DNA from: Callorhinchus milii
Taxonomy: Eukaryota
Length of the DNA stretch: 64,000 nt
NCBI RefSeq assembly: GCF_018977255.1
Contig: NW_024704742.1
Span: forward strand, 102,302,001 to 102,366,000
Direction: 5' to 3'
Part shown: in pieces, positions 11,761 to 24,576 of the stretch
Layout: each line of letters starts with the position of its first letter
Numbering within the stretch: the stretch's first letter is position 1
The notes under the pieces: model-generated
The model's input: the letters and a program-made list of their open reading frames with translations, nothing else
Database searches by the model: none
What the model was told of the DNA's origin: nothing
Position numbers and translations under genes: made by a program

Positions 11761-13786
11761 GATGCTGAGCTAACTGAAACATTCGTTTTGCCTTTACTTA
11801 GATTAGTTAATTTAGGACAAAACTCAGATTGAACCTGGGATTGTCCACTTTTGCTTGTCTTGGAAATTAGTGCCAAATTATAAATTAAATGAAAGAGTTA
11901 AATTAGATTTTTCTCTTTTATGATGTTATTGTCCTAAAAAGATCTATTCCCTTTCTTTTTTATTTTGCACAGGGAGTTATTTTAATCCTTAAATGCATTG
12001 TGCCACTGTGCAAAAGAAAAGGCTTTTTCTTTAAGAAGATGCTGCTTTAAACTGCATTTACGATTATAAAACAGCCTAAGACTGCTTAAAGAGCTTAGAG
12101 TATGCTGCTTAGACTGGCTAGACTCAGGCAGATAGTTGAACAATTAGCCAATTTACAGTAATGAGAGGAATGTGGGTTACATTAGCAGTCTGTTTACAAG
12201 AAAATAAATCAAGAAATGTCGAGTGTCCTACTGATGACGCTGCTCATGTTTTGCTATACAGAGATCTCGCTGGAGATGCATACGTGTGAATATCACATAG
12301 GGTGAGGGCAGAATCTATCTCTGTTGTATTGCTTCTTCGCTCCCAATCCCCACCCCTTTTCTCGCAATTGTCTCTAGAAATCACTGTGAAGGCTCACACA
12401 TGACTATTGAGATAGAAGAGGGCAACCAGTACCCATGGAACCATAACTAAGCAGACATGGAGTGGAGGGAATGGGAAAAAGGAAGTAGGAGAGGAGAGAA
12501 AAAAAATCATAAAAATTAGCGGAGTGCATTTGTATGGAGCCATAGATGGTTCCATAAACTTTATATGAGTGAAGGTTGCCACTTTACATTTAAAACATCA
12601 CAACAGACCAGGGTTATGCTGCTTCTGATATGCAATGTAAACAATTATAGGTCCAAAATTCTAGAGTAGTTGCCTGTAAGATAAGGTAACCATATGACCC
12701 TGGATAAGGTATTGTGTCCATGGCCAAATTTACCTTGTCTTGAGATCAGCAACAAACTGAGCAAAAACAATACAATTCTAAACAGATACACTCATCAGAG
12801 AAATAGATATTAATCCAACAATCTTCTCCTGTACTGCCAGTACCAGGAATTGTGATAAGTTAATTTTTTTGTTATACATCTGAATCCCCAGATTTAGTTT
12901 ACAAAATATAGTCTCCCTACTAGAAGACTATTTTATCTTAACATTCAAGGTAGTAGAGAATTGTGGAAAATTCTTCAATTTAGTCTTAATTTGGCAGCCA
13001 ATTATTTTTAAACACTGTTGGAAACTATCTTATAAATTAAGAATGAATTGAATATTCCATAATCTGTGAAGAAATTGGACTGACTCCATTCAATTTTATA
13101 AGCAATGGTGACAAGATGCAAGCTAATATTTGATTAGCTTTTTTGACAACCACTTCATGTTATCTGGAAACACAGTGAATGATCAATGAAGGCACTAAAT
13201 CCTTTTTCTTCTCCACTTCTTGCTAAGGGTTTTGCCTTCATGTTTTCTATTTTTGTTTCAATGTGCATTTACCTGCATTTCTCCACATTAAAATCCATCT
13301 CCCATACTTTGCCCACCTATTCAATTAGTCTAAATGTTCTTGTGTGCTATTTATACTCCTTGTATTGCATTAGTCACCTGCCAGCATGGCTGGATATTTT
13401 CTGCACATTATATTATCCAGTATTACAAAAAGTGCTCTTCTCCCAGCACAGATTGCACAACAGACCTCCTCTGCAAGAACCTTTTAAGTCATTAGCGAAA
13501 AAAATTTTCTCCTAAATTTCATTTAAACCCAACCGAAATATCTAGTTTTTTGGGGGACTACATAATGAATCCAGTTGTGCCCATTTGCAAAGTTGCTAAG
13601 CATCTATGATAACCTCACACCTAAGTGTACAACTGAACAGCGTTCAGATGTTTTCCTGCTTGAAGGGTGCTATATAAATGCAGGTTGTTATTGTTGTTGG
13701 ATCTTTTGTTGGAAAGGTAAGATTTCTATACCTACTTTTTTTTACAGTTTGAAAAAGTCAAAGAAAGAGAAAATTAGAAAGCGAAT

Positions 13787-13804
13787 GAGAGAGAGAGAGA
13801 GAGA
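13787..13804. repeat. (GA)n microsatellite
   Basis: Direct inspection. Confidence 0.9.
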
Positions 13805-14750
13805 CAGAAAGACCATGGTTTTTCAATCAGGGACCAAAAACAGTTATTGATAATTCTGATAATAATATGAGTCTGGGTGCAACTGTTAGAGGTATTGCAA
13901 TTTCCCCTTTACCCTCTGAAACTTCAAGCACTTTCCCAAGCCACCTCTAATCTATTCAATTAATACCCCTGCCACAGGAGGTCCTTATCGCTGTCAATCA
14001 GCAATGCCAGACTCAATCTATGTACCTGCAAGCACCATGCAATCTGTAATGTAGTAAGGAATATGTGATGTACCATGACTTGATAAGCATATCAGTTTTG
14101 TAATCTGAGGGGGTGGGGTGGGGGGAATAATGTGTATGATTGTATTAGTGATGTGTGTATTTCCTTATCAATGTTCTAATTTCACACCACTTGTCACACG
14201 GAAAGCTTTTAGCTGATTTGATTTACAGCAATATTGTTTCAGATCCAGGGCTCCTCAGCTTGTGGAATTCTAAATATATGAAAGGCACAAAGTGTTTGGC
14301 TTGAACAGGTTCTGTGAAGGCTTTCTTGGGGGGTGGTGGCAGGCGGGGCGAGGGGGTGAGAAAGACCCTTATTACTGCTGCTTACAATTTTACCCAGTAC
14401 ATTACACCCAGAATGTAAACTCTGCTCCACGTAATGCAATATTAAGGAAATAAAGCAAAAATGTTAGACCAGTACACTCATCATTGTATTTTATCATAAC
14501 AACCATTTCAAAGTTGTGCTGATAAACTTTAAAGATTAAACAAAAGTAGGCACAGAGAATATGTGCCTGAGGTATGTTAAAGAAACCTTTTAGTCATGTT
14601 TTGCAAGGATAAAGAGCTTAGCATAAACAGTATTCCTTCAACCAGAGAGGTTAATCTATTTTACAGGGGGCTTGCTGGAATAAGATTCCAGCAGTTTCAC
14701 CTTACAGCTATTTCAAGCACTTACTGGTCTGTTTTATTCCCATTTCACAG

Positions 14751-14798
14751 ATTCTTCAGTTCTGAGAAACACAGATACGTAGCTGTCATCACCTATCG
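14751..14798 (+). CDS. Candidate 48-nt phase-2 exon (FFSSEKHRYVAVITY)
   Basis: ttttattcccatttcacag|..ctatcg|gtacct; the other two frames contain stops; donor weak. Confidence 0.35.
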
Positions 14799-14999
14799 GT
14801 ACCTAGAATTAATCAGGGGCAGCTTTGATCTCTCATTCATCCACATTTAATGTAAAAATCATTTGGGGGTCTGCGGGGAAAGCACAAAAGGAGGAACAAT
14901 GTTTAGCTATTTTGGGGAGAATTCTTCTATGTACACCATGTCCTTTATCTCCCTTGTTCCTAAGATTATAATACTGCTTTTATACTGCACGTTGAGCAG

Positions 15000-15041
15000 T
15001 GAATCAGTGAGATTTCGGCAGCAGTGTGCCAACAACGTATG
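15000..15041 (+). CDS. Candidate 42-nt phase-2 exon (ESVRFRQQCANNV)
   Basis: ttttatactgcacgttgagcag|..gtatg|gtaata; only phase 2 is open. Confidence 0.33.
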
Positions 15042-15689
15042 GTAATAACAAGGGTTCAGGCAGTGTGATATTCACTGGCATCTCTTTCTTGAAGTGACAT
15101 CCTCCTCCAGGGTTTAGAAGAAAATAAATGACTAGACTAGGTTTTAATAATAATAATACTAATAATAATAATCCTTACATTAGGTATAGCATCTTTCAAG
15201 TCGGGAGGATGTACCAAAGCGCTTCACAGGATATACTGTAAAGTGCAGTGACTGGTCTGTGGGCAATATAGTACAATGGTTAAAAATTACACTGTTATCT
15301 ACCTTTTGTAATGTTAATAAAGTGTTGACCAAGACACCACCGTTTTAGTACTAATATTAAAATTGCCTGATTTTGATGCTCTGCACATGTGCCATGTAGA
15401 CAAAATTAGGCATTTGTTTTTATTAGTCCTAATTCACTGTGATGTAATAATAATAATCCTTACATTTAATACAGCACCTTTCACATCAGGAGGACATCCC
15501 AAAGCACTACACAGGATATACTGTAAGGTATATTGACTGGACTTTGGTTTAATATCTCATCCGACAATACAGTGTGACCTCACCACAGAACTGAAGTGTC
15601 ACCCTACACAACAAAATAATTATTCTTGATTGAATATTTCTTGATTGATGCTAATAACGATCAAACACAGACTAAGACTTGTGCAAATG

Positions 15690-15760
15690 TTTTGGGGGCT
15701 GCTTATCCTGCAGGCCACTTCCAGCCCGCTGGCCACAGGTTGGTCACCGCAGGCGTAGGC
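15690..15760. mobile_element. Possible hAT/Charlie-type DNA transposon terminal remnant
   Basis: GC-rich tgcaggccacttccagcccgctggccacaggttggtcaccgc resembles Charlie subterminal/TIR sequence. Confidence 0.35.
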
Positions 15761-16076
15761 TGGGATTGTTCATATTCTGCTGCTGCTCGGTATCAGTGGG
15801 AGACCTGACTGAACAATATATCATATTGAAAAAGTTAATTCCATTATTCATAATGAACTTTCACTCCCCACTTCCAAAATCTAATAGTGGGTGTAATTAA
15901 TACCTGATCTTAGCTTTCTATTGCTACTTGTAACTAACCTGTTGTGTGATATGTTTTTATGCTGAACAGCGGTGAAGTTTGATGCTGTTTAAAATGCTGT
16001 GGAATTCAATGGAGTTGAGGAATGCGAAAGAAGGGATTTTATTCAGTAAACCTCCTGCTTTAAGAACATATTACAA

Positions 16077-18146
16077 CAGCAACAACATCTCTGCCGCCTA
16101 AAAATCTAAACCCGGCTGCTTGAGCGCAGATGGCGGAAAACTGGCCTTACAGTTCACCAACAACTGTGGCTCGAGCATCTCCACAGCTACCGCCATTCTT
16201 TGACATGCGCAAAAATGGCTTTCTACTCCAACATCATCTTGGAGGCTAAACACAAGCCTAAAATCCTTTTTTTCACCACCCACTATCTCCTCCGTGCCCC
16301 CACTCAGGTCTCCTCAATCTTCGTATCAAATGCCAAGTGCGAGGAGGTCATGGACTTCTTTTCATCTAAAATACACAACATACGCCAGGCAGCCTCATCC
16401 ACCTGCCTCTTGTCACCCACCACCATAACCTCTCTGTCTCCTCACCCTCCCCATCATCTGCTTCTACAACCACCCTTATCCTACATTCCCCATCTCTCCC
16501 TCCTCCCTCTCACCCACTATCACCTCCATGAAACCCACCACCTGCTGCCTCGAACCCTTCCCCACCAACTTGCTAGTCACCCAGCTCCCCCTCCTCTGCC
16601 CACTACTGGCTGATATCATCAACCAGTCTCTCTCCTCTGGATCAGTCCCTGCCCCCCTCAAAACTGCTGTCATTACCCCCTCCTCAAAAAACCTTCCCTA
16701 GATCGCTCAAACCCCAGCCACTACCGCCCTATTTCTAACCTGCCCTTCCTCGCAAAAGTCCTAGAACATTTTGTTGCCAATCAACTTCGCGTACACCTCT
16801 CCTCCCACTCCCTCTTCGAACCCCTCCAGTCCGGTTTCCGCCCTGCCCACAGTACAGAGACTGCACTTGTGAAAGTCACAAACGACATCCGCTCTGTGAC
16901 CAGGGCTCCTCTGCCTCCTTGTCCTCCTGGACCTCTCTGCCGGGTTCGACAGTCGATCACGCCATCCTCCTCCATCGCCTTTCCTCCGTCATCCACCTCA
17001 GTGGGACCGCACTCGCCTGATTCGAGTCATACCTCATAAACTACCAGCAGTACATCTGCACAAACGGCTTCTCCTCCCGCTCTCACCCGGTCACCTGTGG
17101 GGTACCTCAAGGATCCATCCTTGGACCCTCCTCATTCTGATCTACATGCTCCCTCTTGGGGATGTCATCCGCAGACATGGGGTACATTTCCACATGTTTG
17201 CGGACGACAGCCAACTCTATTTTTCCACCTCTCTTTGCGACCCCCAGTCCCTTGATGTTCTGTCAGCCTGGGAGTCAGATCTCAGGGGCTGGATGAGCGC
17301 AAATTTCCTTCAGCTGAACATTGACAAGATGGAAGCCATACTCTTTGGCTTTCGTCAACGTATAAAATCTTACGGTTCTCACCTCCTCCACCTACCCGAC
17401 CTCCCTCTAAAACTCTCTGAACCTGTACGCAATCTAGGCATCAGATTCGATCCCCAATTATCCTTCCTCCCCCACATCCGGTCCCTCACCAGCACTGCCT
17501 TCTTCTACCTCTGACGCATCGCCCGTCTCCGCCAATACCTCTCTCCGAAAGCCACTGAAACCCTGGTCCATGCCTTTGTCACCTCTCAGCTGGACTATTC
17601 TAACGCCCTCCTCGCCGGCCTCCCATCCACTATCATCCATAAAATCCAGATTATTCAAACTCTGCCGCCCGCATTCTCACCCGCACCAAACTCCGCTCCC
17701 CGATTACCCCAGTCCTTGCCAGACTGCACTGCCTGCCTATCCCAGAGAGGATCGATTTCGAGATCCTCACTCTTGTCTTCAAATCCCTCCACTCCTCTGC
17801 ACCCCCTCCCCCCCCGGCCCCCCCACCTCTCTGACCTCTCTCCTCAAAACAATGCCCGTTGCCTTCGTTCCTCCGGTTCTGGCCTCCTCCTTGTCCCCCG
17901 AGTCCTCCACTCCACCCTCGACGGCCGTGCCTTCAGCCACTATGCCCCGAGGCTCGGGAACTCCCTTCACCTCGCCCTCCTCTCTTCCTATTTTCAGGTC
18001 TCTGCTGAAGACCTTTCTTTTCAACCGTGCCTTTGGTCACCTTCCTCCCCCTCCCCCGGCTCAGCCCCGGGATCCGTTACTATGAAGCGCTCTGAGACGC
18101 CGTTCGGCGTGGAGGGCGCTATATAAATCCAAGTTGTTGTTGTTGT
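16077..18146 (+). mobile_element. L2 LINE, 5'-truncated ~2.07 kb (RT domain to 3' end), inactive
   Basis: RT motifs (YRPISNLPFLAKVLE, GVPQGSILGP, HMFADDSQLY); (GTT)n tail; TSD tattacaa at 16069-16076 and 18147-18154; several frameshifts and stops. Confidence 0.95.
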
Positions 18147-18464
18147 TATTACAATGTGTCTGTCTCACTTTGGTTCAATGTCACAGCCAAATGAAAATAA
18201 ATGGTACTTTTTTTAACATTTCATTTTCTAATGCAGCACATAAACAGCAGATGTTACAACATACAGTATTTGCTAACAGTCAGCATTGTTTCCTTTCACT
18301 CATAGTCTGGTTAACTTTTATAATAAAGACAAGAATTCTGCATCAGACTTTTTTTGTAAAAAAAAACCTTCATTCATTTGAAATAAAGCCCACGTAAACC
18401 ATCAAAATGGACTCTTTCTCTTTGACAAATGCAGGGACAGATTGAGGCCTCTTGTCTTTCACAG

Positions 18465-18542
18465 GGACAGCGTTGTATTTAGCAAATGCCTGCATCTTCC
18501 CACAGCCAGTCAGTTTACAGCACTCAGCAGAGCATTTAATAG
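18465..18542 (+). CDS. Weak candidate 78-nt exon (phase 2: DSVVFSKCLHLPTASQFTALSRAFN)
   Basis: ctcttgtctttcacag|..ttaatag|gtcaga; open in phases 2 and 1. Confidence 0.2.
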
Positions 18543-18684
18543 GTCAGACCAGAAGGGTTCACAGGCTCAATGTGCTGGAGCAATGCTTCTTTCATTCTAA
18601 TTGGGTCCAATCAAAACCAGGATCTGAACAGACTCCAAATCATGTATGCTTGTTAAAATGTCAATAATGGATTCTTTATTTCAG

Positions 18685-18729
18685 TATGAAAATCCTGGTG
18701 CACGCTGAGCAGCCAATACCCTGGTCAAA
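18685..18729 (+). CDS. Candidate 45-nt phase-2 exon (MKILVHAEQPIPWS)
   Basis: attctttatttcag|..ggtcaaa|gtaaga; only phase 2 is open. Confidence 0.45.
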
Positions 18730-18889
18730 GTAAGAGGGAAAAAGAAAACAAATACCTTCCTGAGAGAATTAATTATGCCTGAGATCTAAGACAGTACAAT
18801 ATTGTCTCAAGTTATTATAAACTGGAATCAAGATGTAATCCCCAAACTGTGTGACCCCTGTAGTCTTTGGTTTTCTTTTGTTTCTTAAG

Positions 18890-18940
18890 TGGACATTGCG
18901 GAAACGGTGGGAGAAGCCAGTTAGCTATCGGAATGTGAAA
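18890..18940 (+). CDS. Candidate 51-nt exon (phase 0: WTLRKRWEKPVSYRNVK; phase 2 ends in TGA)
   Basis: ttttcttttgtttcttaag|..gtgaaa|gtgagc, strong pyrimidine tract and good donor. Confidence 0.35.
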
Positions 18941-21900
18941 GTGAGCTGCTGCCGTGTGGTGTAGACTGAGACAAAACATGTGCATTCATATTTCACATCT
19001 GTTGCGGGCCTCATTTGCACGCACCACTGATGATTTGTACTTCAACTGGGACAAATCTCCAAAGTGTATGAAAGGAAATGTGTCCCTTTGAGCTTACCGT
19101 CAGCCCTTGGCGGTCTCTATTTAATGCCAATGAAAATATTGCTCTTATTTATTGCTGTATTATGCACCAGTACCCATCCATTGACATGAAGCTACCTGTA
19201 CGAAAAGCATTAAAAACGTTCAGAAATGAAGGGGCAAATGGAAGATGGCTGAATGTGCAGTAAAAGGGATACTTGACTTAACTCTTTTTTATTGAATTAA
19301 ATTGATAATTTCAAAGAGGCATTATATTGTGATCAGGGAGCCAGTGAGGATAGAATTAGACTCAACTGTAATACGCCTCCACCCATGGTATAACCTGCCT
19401 ACTCTCACCATATGAACTTAGACATGAATAATAATAATCATAATCCTTACATTTATATCTTATGATGTCAAGGCATCTCAAAGCACTTCAGAGGATTTAC
19501 TGTGAAATATAGTAACTGTATTTTGCAGGAAAATGTGGCAGCCAATTTTCAAACAGCCAAGAAGTGAATGACTAGTTTTATCTGGGGTGGTGGTGATCAG
19601 GCCAGATTGGACTCTCAGGCGAGATACCTGAGGGTGTGATTCCTCACGTGATAAGAGTCTAATTTCAGGCATGGTTTTGTGGAAAGGTGCTCATAAGTGG
19701 CCAAATGCTTTCCCATAGGGAAAGTCAGAAACCTGGCAGGACAGTAACCTCCCCATTGCTTCCCAGCATCTCCTGGTAGCTGGCTGCAGAGTATTAGCAG
19801 CAGACGCCTGGGAGAACAGCTTTAACCTTTAGCTCATTTAAATCTCTGCCTAGCCACAGGGTGAATCCTGCAAGGGAACTACTGTTGGTACCAATGAAAA
19901 ATCTCATTACTCTCTGTACCCACTTCAGCCAGCATTATGTGTGCCTGTAGAATGCAAACACATGAGAGAAAGGCACCCCCACAGAGAGGTAGAACTTAGG
20001 TTAGACCCTAAGATTTGCCGTAAAATTAATGCTTGTTTGCAAGGCAGACTCATCCAATGTGGGTAAGGGACATAGGAACAGAGCAAAGTGGGAATAGGAG
20101 AAGGCCATTCTGCCCATCGAGGCCTGTTACCCAGTTTATAAGGTCTTTACAGATTCTTTAATTTCAATGTCTTGCCTTTTCTCCCTGTTCCTTAATATCT
20201 TGACGAGCCAAGTATCTACTTATTCATAACTATTTTAAACATCTTTATTAATTCCGTCATTCCTTTTTTTCTGGTTAGCCGGGCGTGTGACATATGTGGA
20301 AACCCTAGAAGCTTAAGAGTATCTAAACCAGACTGAGCTTTTGGCCTCTGACTAGCATCTTCCTGTAATACCAAGCCTAAAATTAGACACATATGTATGG
20401 CACTTTCTGTATTGAAATTTCCATTTGTCTGGAATAGAGCGTGTACTCTCTTCCTAGATGCATCCATCTTAGCTAATTCTGGAGAGTATCAGGCACAGGT
20501 TGATGAGAGACGAGGCTTGGGTCTCCAGAATGTGTGTTGAGGTACTACTGGAATTTAACCATATAAAACTGCATAGCTTGTCATTAAGAGCACTATCCAG
20601 CAAACTTTCCGCTGCTTGTCCAGCTAGAACCACCATACTCATTTATGGCTTTGGCTTGCAGGATTAACAGGAGCTGAGTGGGAAGAGTCCCTGCCCCTAG
20701 TAACTGGTCTGTTCCTCCAAGCCCATTAGCAGTGCCCAGAAGTACTGTGGATCTGCTTGGCTCAGGAACGGAGATTGCTACAGAGAATTAACTTAATCTG
20801 GTCCTTCCATTGCCAAGCATATTACCCTGGAGCCAGCTCAGCTTCAAGGAGACTGTTCTAAGCCTTCCTTGCTACCCCCCCACATACCTACAGCCGAGGA
20901 AAAAAAGATGTATACCTGGTGTGCGTATATGTGTGTAAGAGGGGATCTGTGATTCAGAGAGAAAAATAATTGCATATCAATGAAATTTAGATAAGAATTA
21001 AAAATAATATACCATAGTCTCAGTAATCAAATCATCTGTCACATTAACATGCAATTGTTAAATGATTTTCTGATGTTTTCTTTCTTCTCTGTAATTGAAA
21101 TTTCCTATAACTGACATCAGTGTTGTTATTCACTGGAATTCAACTTGGCAGGTAGAAAATTGTTACTGCCTGGATAAGAGAGAGTGCTCTCTGAGAAATG
21201 AGATTTCGAGCTGCTTGGTTTACTAAAGCCCTATGTGAATTGGTCTCACTCTACTGAAAGTGTCAGAGCTGAAACACAAAGCTGACCATGCTGTACGCCA
21301 CTCCCTTGGTACAAATCATGCTAATATGGGTTATTAAAGTCTGGATTCGAAAGACACAGACTAGTTTGCATGATGGCTGATGTGGTAAGTGATACAGAAG
21401 TGAGGCAAGAAGACACAAAAGGTCCAAGTTGGATCTAATCTATATTTAGTTAACTGATCTCAGCAGGAATCACAAGTGCAGCGCTATCGTTGGCCAAAAT
21501 ACCACTGATCAACAAGGGGAAAATCAATGAAACTCCTGAGTTTTCTGATGGAAAAATTCACATTGAGGTGAGGACAGGATTAGACTTAGTGTAATGTCTC
21601 ATAATACAATACAATTTACAATTTTCATTTATATTCATGTGGGGATGATGTCCCATGGCTGAGTAATCTCTAAAACTCACTATTTATGCTCAGAATCGCC
21701 ATTTTGATGAGATATTTTAGGGAATGAGAGGAGACAAGTGGAGGAGAAAGGCAAATTGCCATGCATTGTCTCATCAGAATCTCATATATGTTATTACACA
21801 CAGTGTATCTGCTTTTGGTCTAGGGCTACATCAATAACACAGCAGAACATTTTTTAAATTCGGTAACTAGGTGAAAGACAAAGTCCACAGGGTGCATAGT

Positions 21901-22789
21901 GAAGAGAGAGAAATAAGATGAATCAAGAAGAAATGGTTACAGGTTGGGTTTTAAGTCTATAAAAGAAGGTAAGACTGAGGGAGGTAAGGAAGTCTTCAGA
22001 AAGAATGGTAAGTAGGAAATGCATTAAGTCTTGATTACAGCACATGATGATGCATGGAGGAAGACACTGGGATAGAGAAATGTTTAATAGAGCAACGACC
22101 ATAATAGTATTTCTGGAAGATAAGATGTTGTGATAGAGCTGGAGATGAAATGTGGGTAACTCTGGTGAGTCCTTCCAATGCTGAGGGATTGTACCCGAGG
22201 AACAAAATGTGTCAAGGGTAATATTTAACGTTAATATTACATTTAGATGTTATATTGCAAAAGGTACCAGATAGCAAGCAAGAGAATGTGAATCTCCCTT
22301 GAATCTTTTCATATCTTTCTCAAATACTTCCGCTTGTTAAAAATGTTGAATTCAATCACAGAAAGATGTTTCCTGGCATGAGTCTTTAACACACAGCATT
22401 TATCAAAGACATGTGCCTAATAAATGTTCCTCCATGCTGTTATTGGTTGGAGTCTGTATGTGATATCAATAATAGGGAGAAATTACTCTCTGTCAAGCAA
22501 ATAAATTATTCAGATTTTCAAAAGTAATAAAAGATCTAGATTACTTCGAATTTATTCTGTGAGTGTACAACGGTGAAGTATATTTCAGTTCTTTTGCTCT
22601 GTTTCTAAGATTGTATTTATTTCAGTGATCATAGCTGAAAGCAGAATATGATTTTATCAGTTGATAAATGAAATTCTAAGCCGTTGCTTTTTGGTATAAA
22701 TAGTTTGCAATTCATTTTGTTCTTAACATGTAACAAGGTAAACTGCTCCATTCTTGATCATCCACAATATAGCAAAGTATCAACAAATC

Positions 22790-23375
22790 AACAAAATACT
22801 GCAGATGCTGGAAAGCTGAAACAAAAACAGAAGTCGCTGGGAACACTCAGCAGGTCAGGCAGCATCTATGGAGAAAGGAAAGTGGGTCAACGTTTCAGGT
22901 CCACGACCCTTCATTGGAACTGGGGCATGTTGGGAGGGAGAGGCTTTTAAGGGCTAACAGAGAGGGGGAAGGCAGACCAGAGAGAGAAAAGGTGTGTCTA
23001 GACCCAGATGATATGGTAATGGTCACAGAAGAGGGGGAGGGGCAAGATGAGCTATTATGGTTTGAAATTGTTGAAATCAATTTTGAGGCCAGAGGGCTGT
23101 AAGGTCCCTAGCAGATAAATGAGATGCTGTTCTTCAAGCTTGCACTGTGGCTCATTGGAACAGCGTAGGAGACTATCAATGGAGAGGTCAGAGTGCGAGT
23201 GGAAGGCAGAGTTAAAGTGGCAAGAAACCGGAAGCTCAGGATTGTGCTTGCGAACAGAACATTTTGTCTCCCCAATGTAGAGGAGACCATATCGTGAGCA
23301 GCGAATGCAGTAAACCACATCGGTGGTAGTACATGTAAATCGCTATCTAACTTGAAAACTGTGTTTGGGGCCCTG
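22790..23375 (-). mobile_element. Penelope-like element fragment (GIY-YIG endonuclease C-terminus plus terminal region)
   Basis: ORF 23055-23318 VYCIRCSRYGLLYIGETK..PVSCHFN..CKLEEQHLIYLLGTLQPSGLKIDF carries GIY-YIG/CCHH hallmarks; terminal block ctgcagatgctggaaa recurs at 53055 and 34875. Confidence 0.88.
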
Positions 23376-24576
23376 AACAAGAGTATCAAATTCGACTTAA
23401 TCATCGAGAAGTCCAAATTCTCCATAAGAAGGTGTTCCAGCTCTACATTATTATGTGAAAAACGTGCTCGCATTCAAAGAGGTGGAAAGGTTTTGACCCT
23501 TTACGTAAAACTGATGCAAAATGTGTTGTGGTTAAATCGCATGAATGGTAGAGTAAGTTGCATGTCCGATGACTTCCAGTGGGAAATGCAAACTAGGTTT
23601 CTATCTACTTCAGGTTCTGGAGCACCTATATCGTAGTAGTTCATTAGAAAAGAATAAAATTACCTTATCTCATTCTGCTCATTGCAAGAGCTTCAATACA
23701 TTTTCGTGAGTCATTTGCATCAGTTTCCACAATATCATTATATCTGAACAGGAATCTTTATTCAATCTATAGCAAAGAAATTGATTTTTGATGTCCTTTT
23801 GTTCCCTATCAATTTTCTCCCTCCCTCCTCAGCACTTAGTTATGCATTGGCAATTCTACATACGCCAAGCTCTAGAAACTCACTCAAGTAGTCATTCTTT
23901 ACAAATGAATCTAGAGCTCAGGGCCCACTCCTCTCCTTAACTGACATCCTATTGGAGAGCAATTAAGAGAAAGATCCCTGACTAACTCTCTGCCTGTTTC
24001 TCAACACTGAGGCTTATTGTAGCACTGTTGCTTCATTTAATTAAGATCAACTAATTCAGCACAGACCATACGGTCCAAGGTTTGATCCTGGTCTGTACTG
24101 AATTAGTTGATCTTAACAAATGCACAACCCAATGAATTTTGATACTTGTATAATAATTTTGATTCTGTGTACTTACAGTATTGATCATATGCAAATTGCA
24201 AGAATTATTATTGTAAGTTAGAAAAAAATACCCTTTCAAAACCTTCAGTTAGAATTTTCACAAATTTCTTGTATCAGCAATAACCATATTCCTTTTAGGA
24301 ATAAAAGAGCATTTTGGAAATTGATCTGAATATTGTTGAGTTCAGTGCCTTTTTTGCTTTTGATTAATGGACATTGTCACCTGAAAAAAAGGCTGTGAAA
24401 TAACTTCCTGTAGTGGTAAATGGTAAACAAGAGAATGCCAATGTGTGATTGGCAGTGCTATATTTGTGTTGCCAATTGCTACAAGGAAATTCATTTTAAA
24501 AAGCCAAGAAAATAATTTGTTGAACATTTTACAAGTGTTTGCCCTTCATTGATGACACAATCCTGTATCCACAATC

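Noticed and set aside
12262..12301. 40-nt AG..GT segment (similarly 50720-50777, 58 nt, and 21121-21151, 31 nt)
   Set aside because: Not multiples of 3 and otherwise unsupported; recorded as counter-examples that show the pseudo-exon background.
18685..18729. In-frame TGA as selenocysteine (phase 0 reading)
   Set aside because: The phase 2 frame is open and no SECIS or selenoprotein motif is visible.
19028..19100. C/D snoRNA-like TGATGA box
   Set aside because: No convincing D box with a terminal stem was found.
23663..23743. Minus-strand AG..GT segment
   Set aside because: All three frames contain stops.
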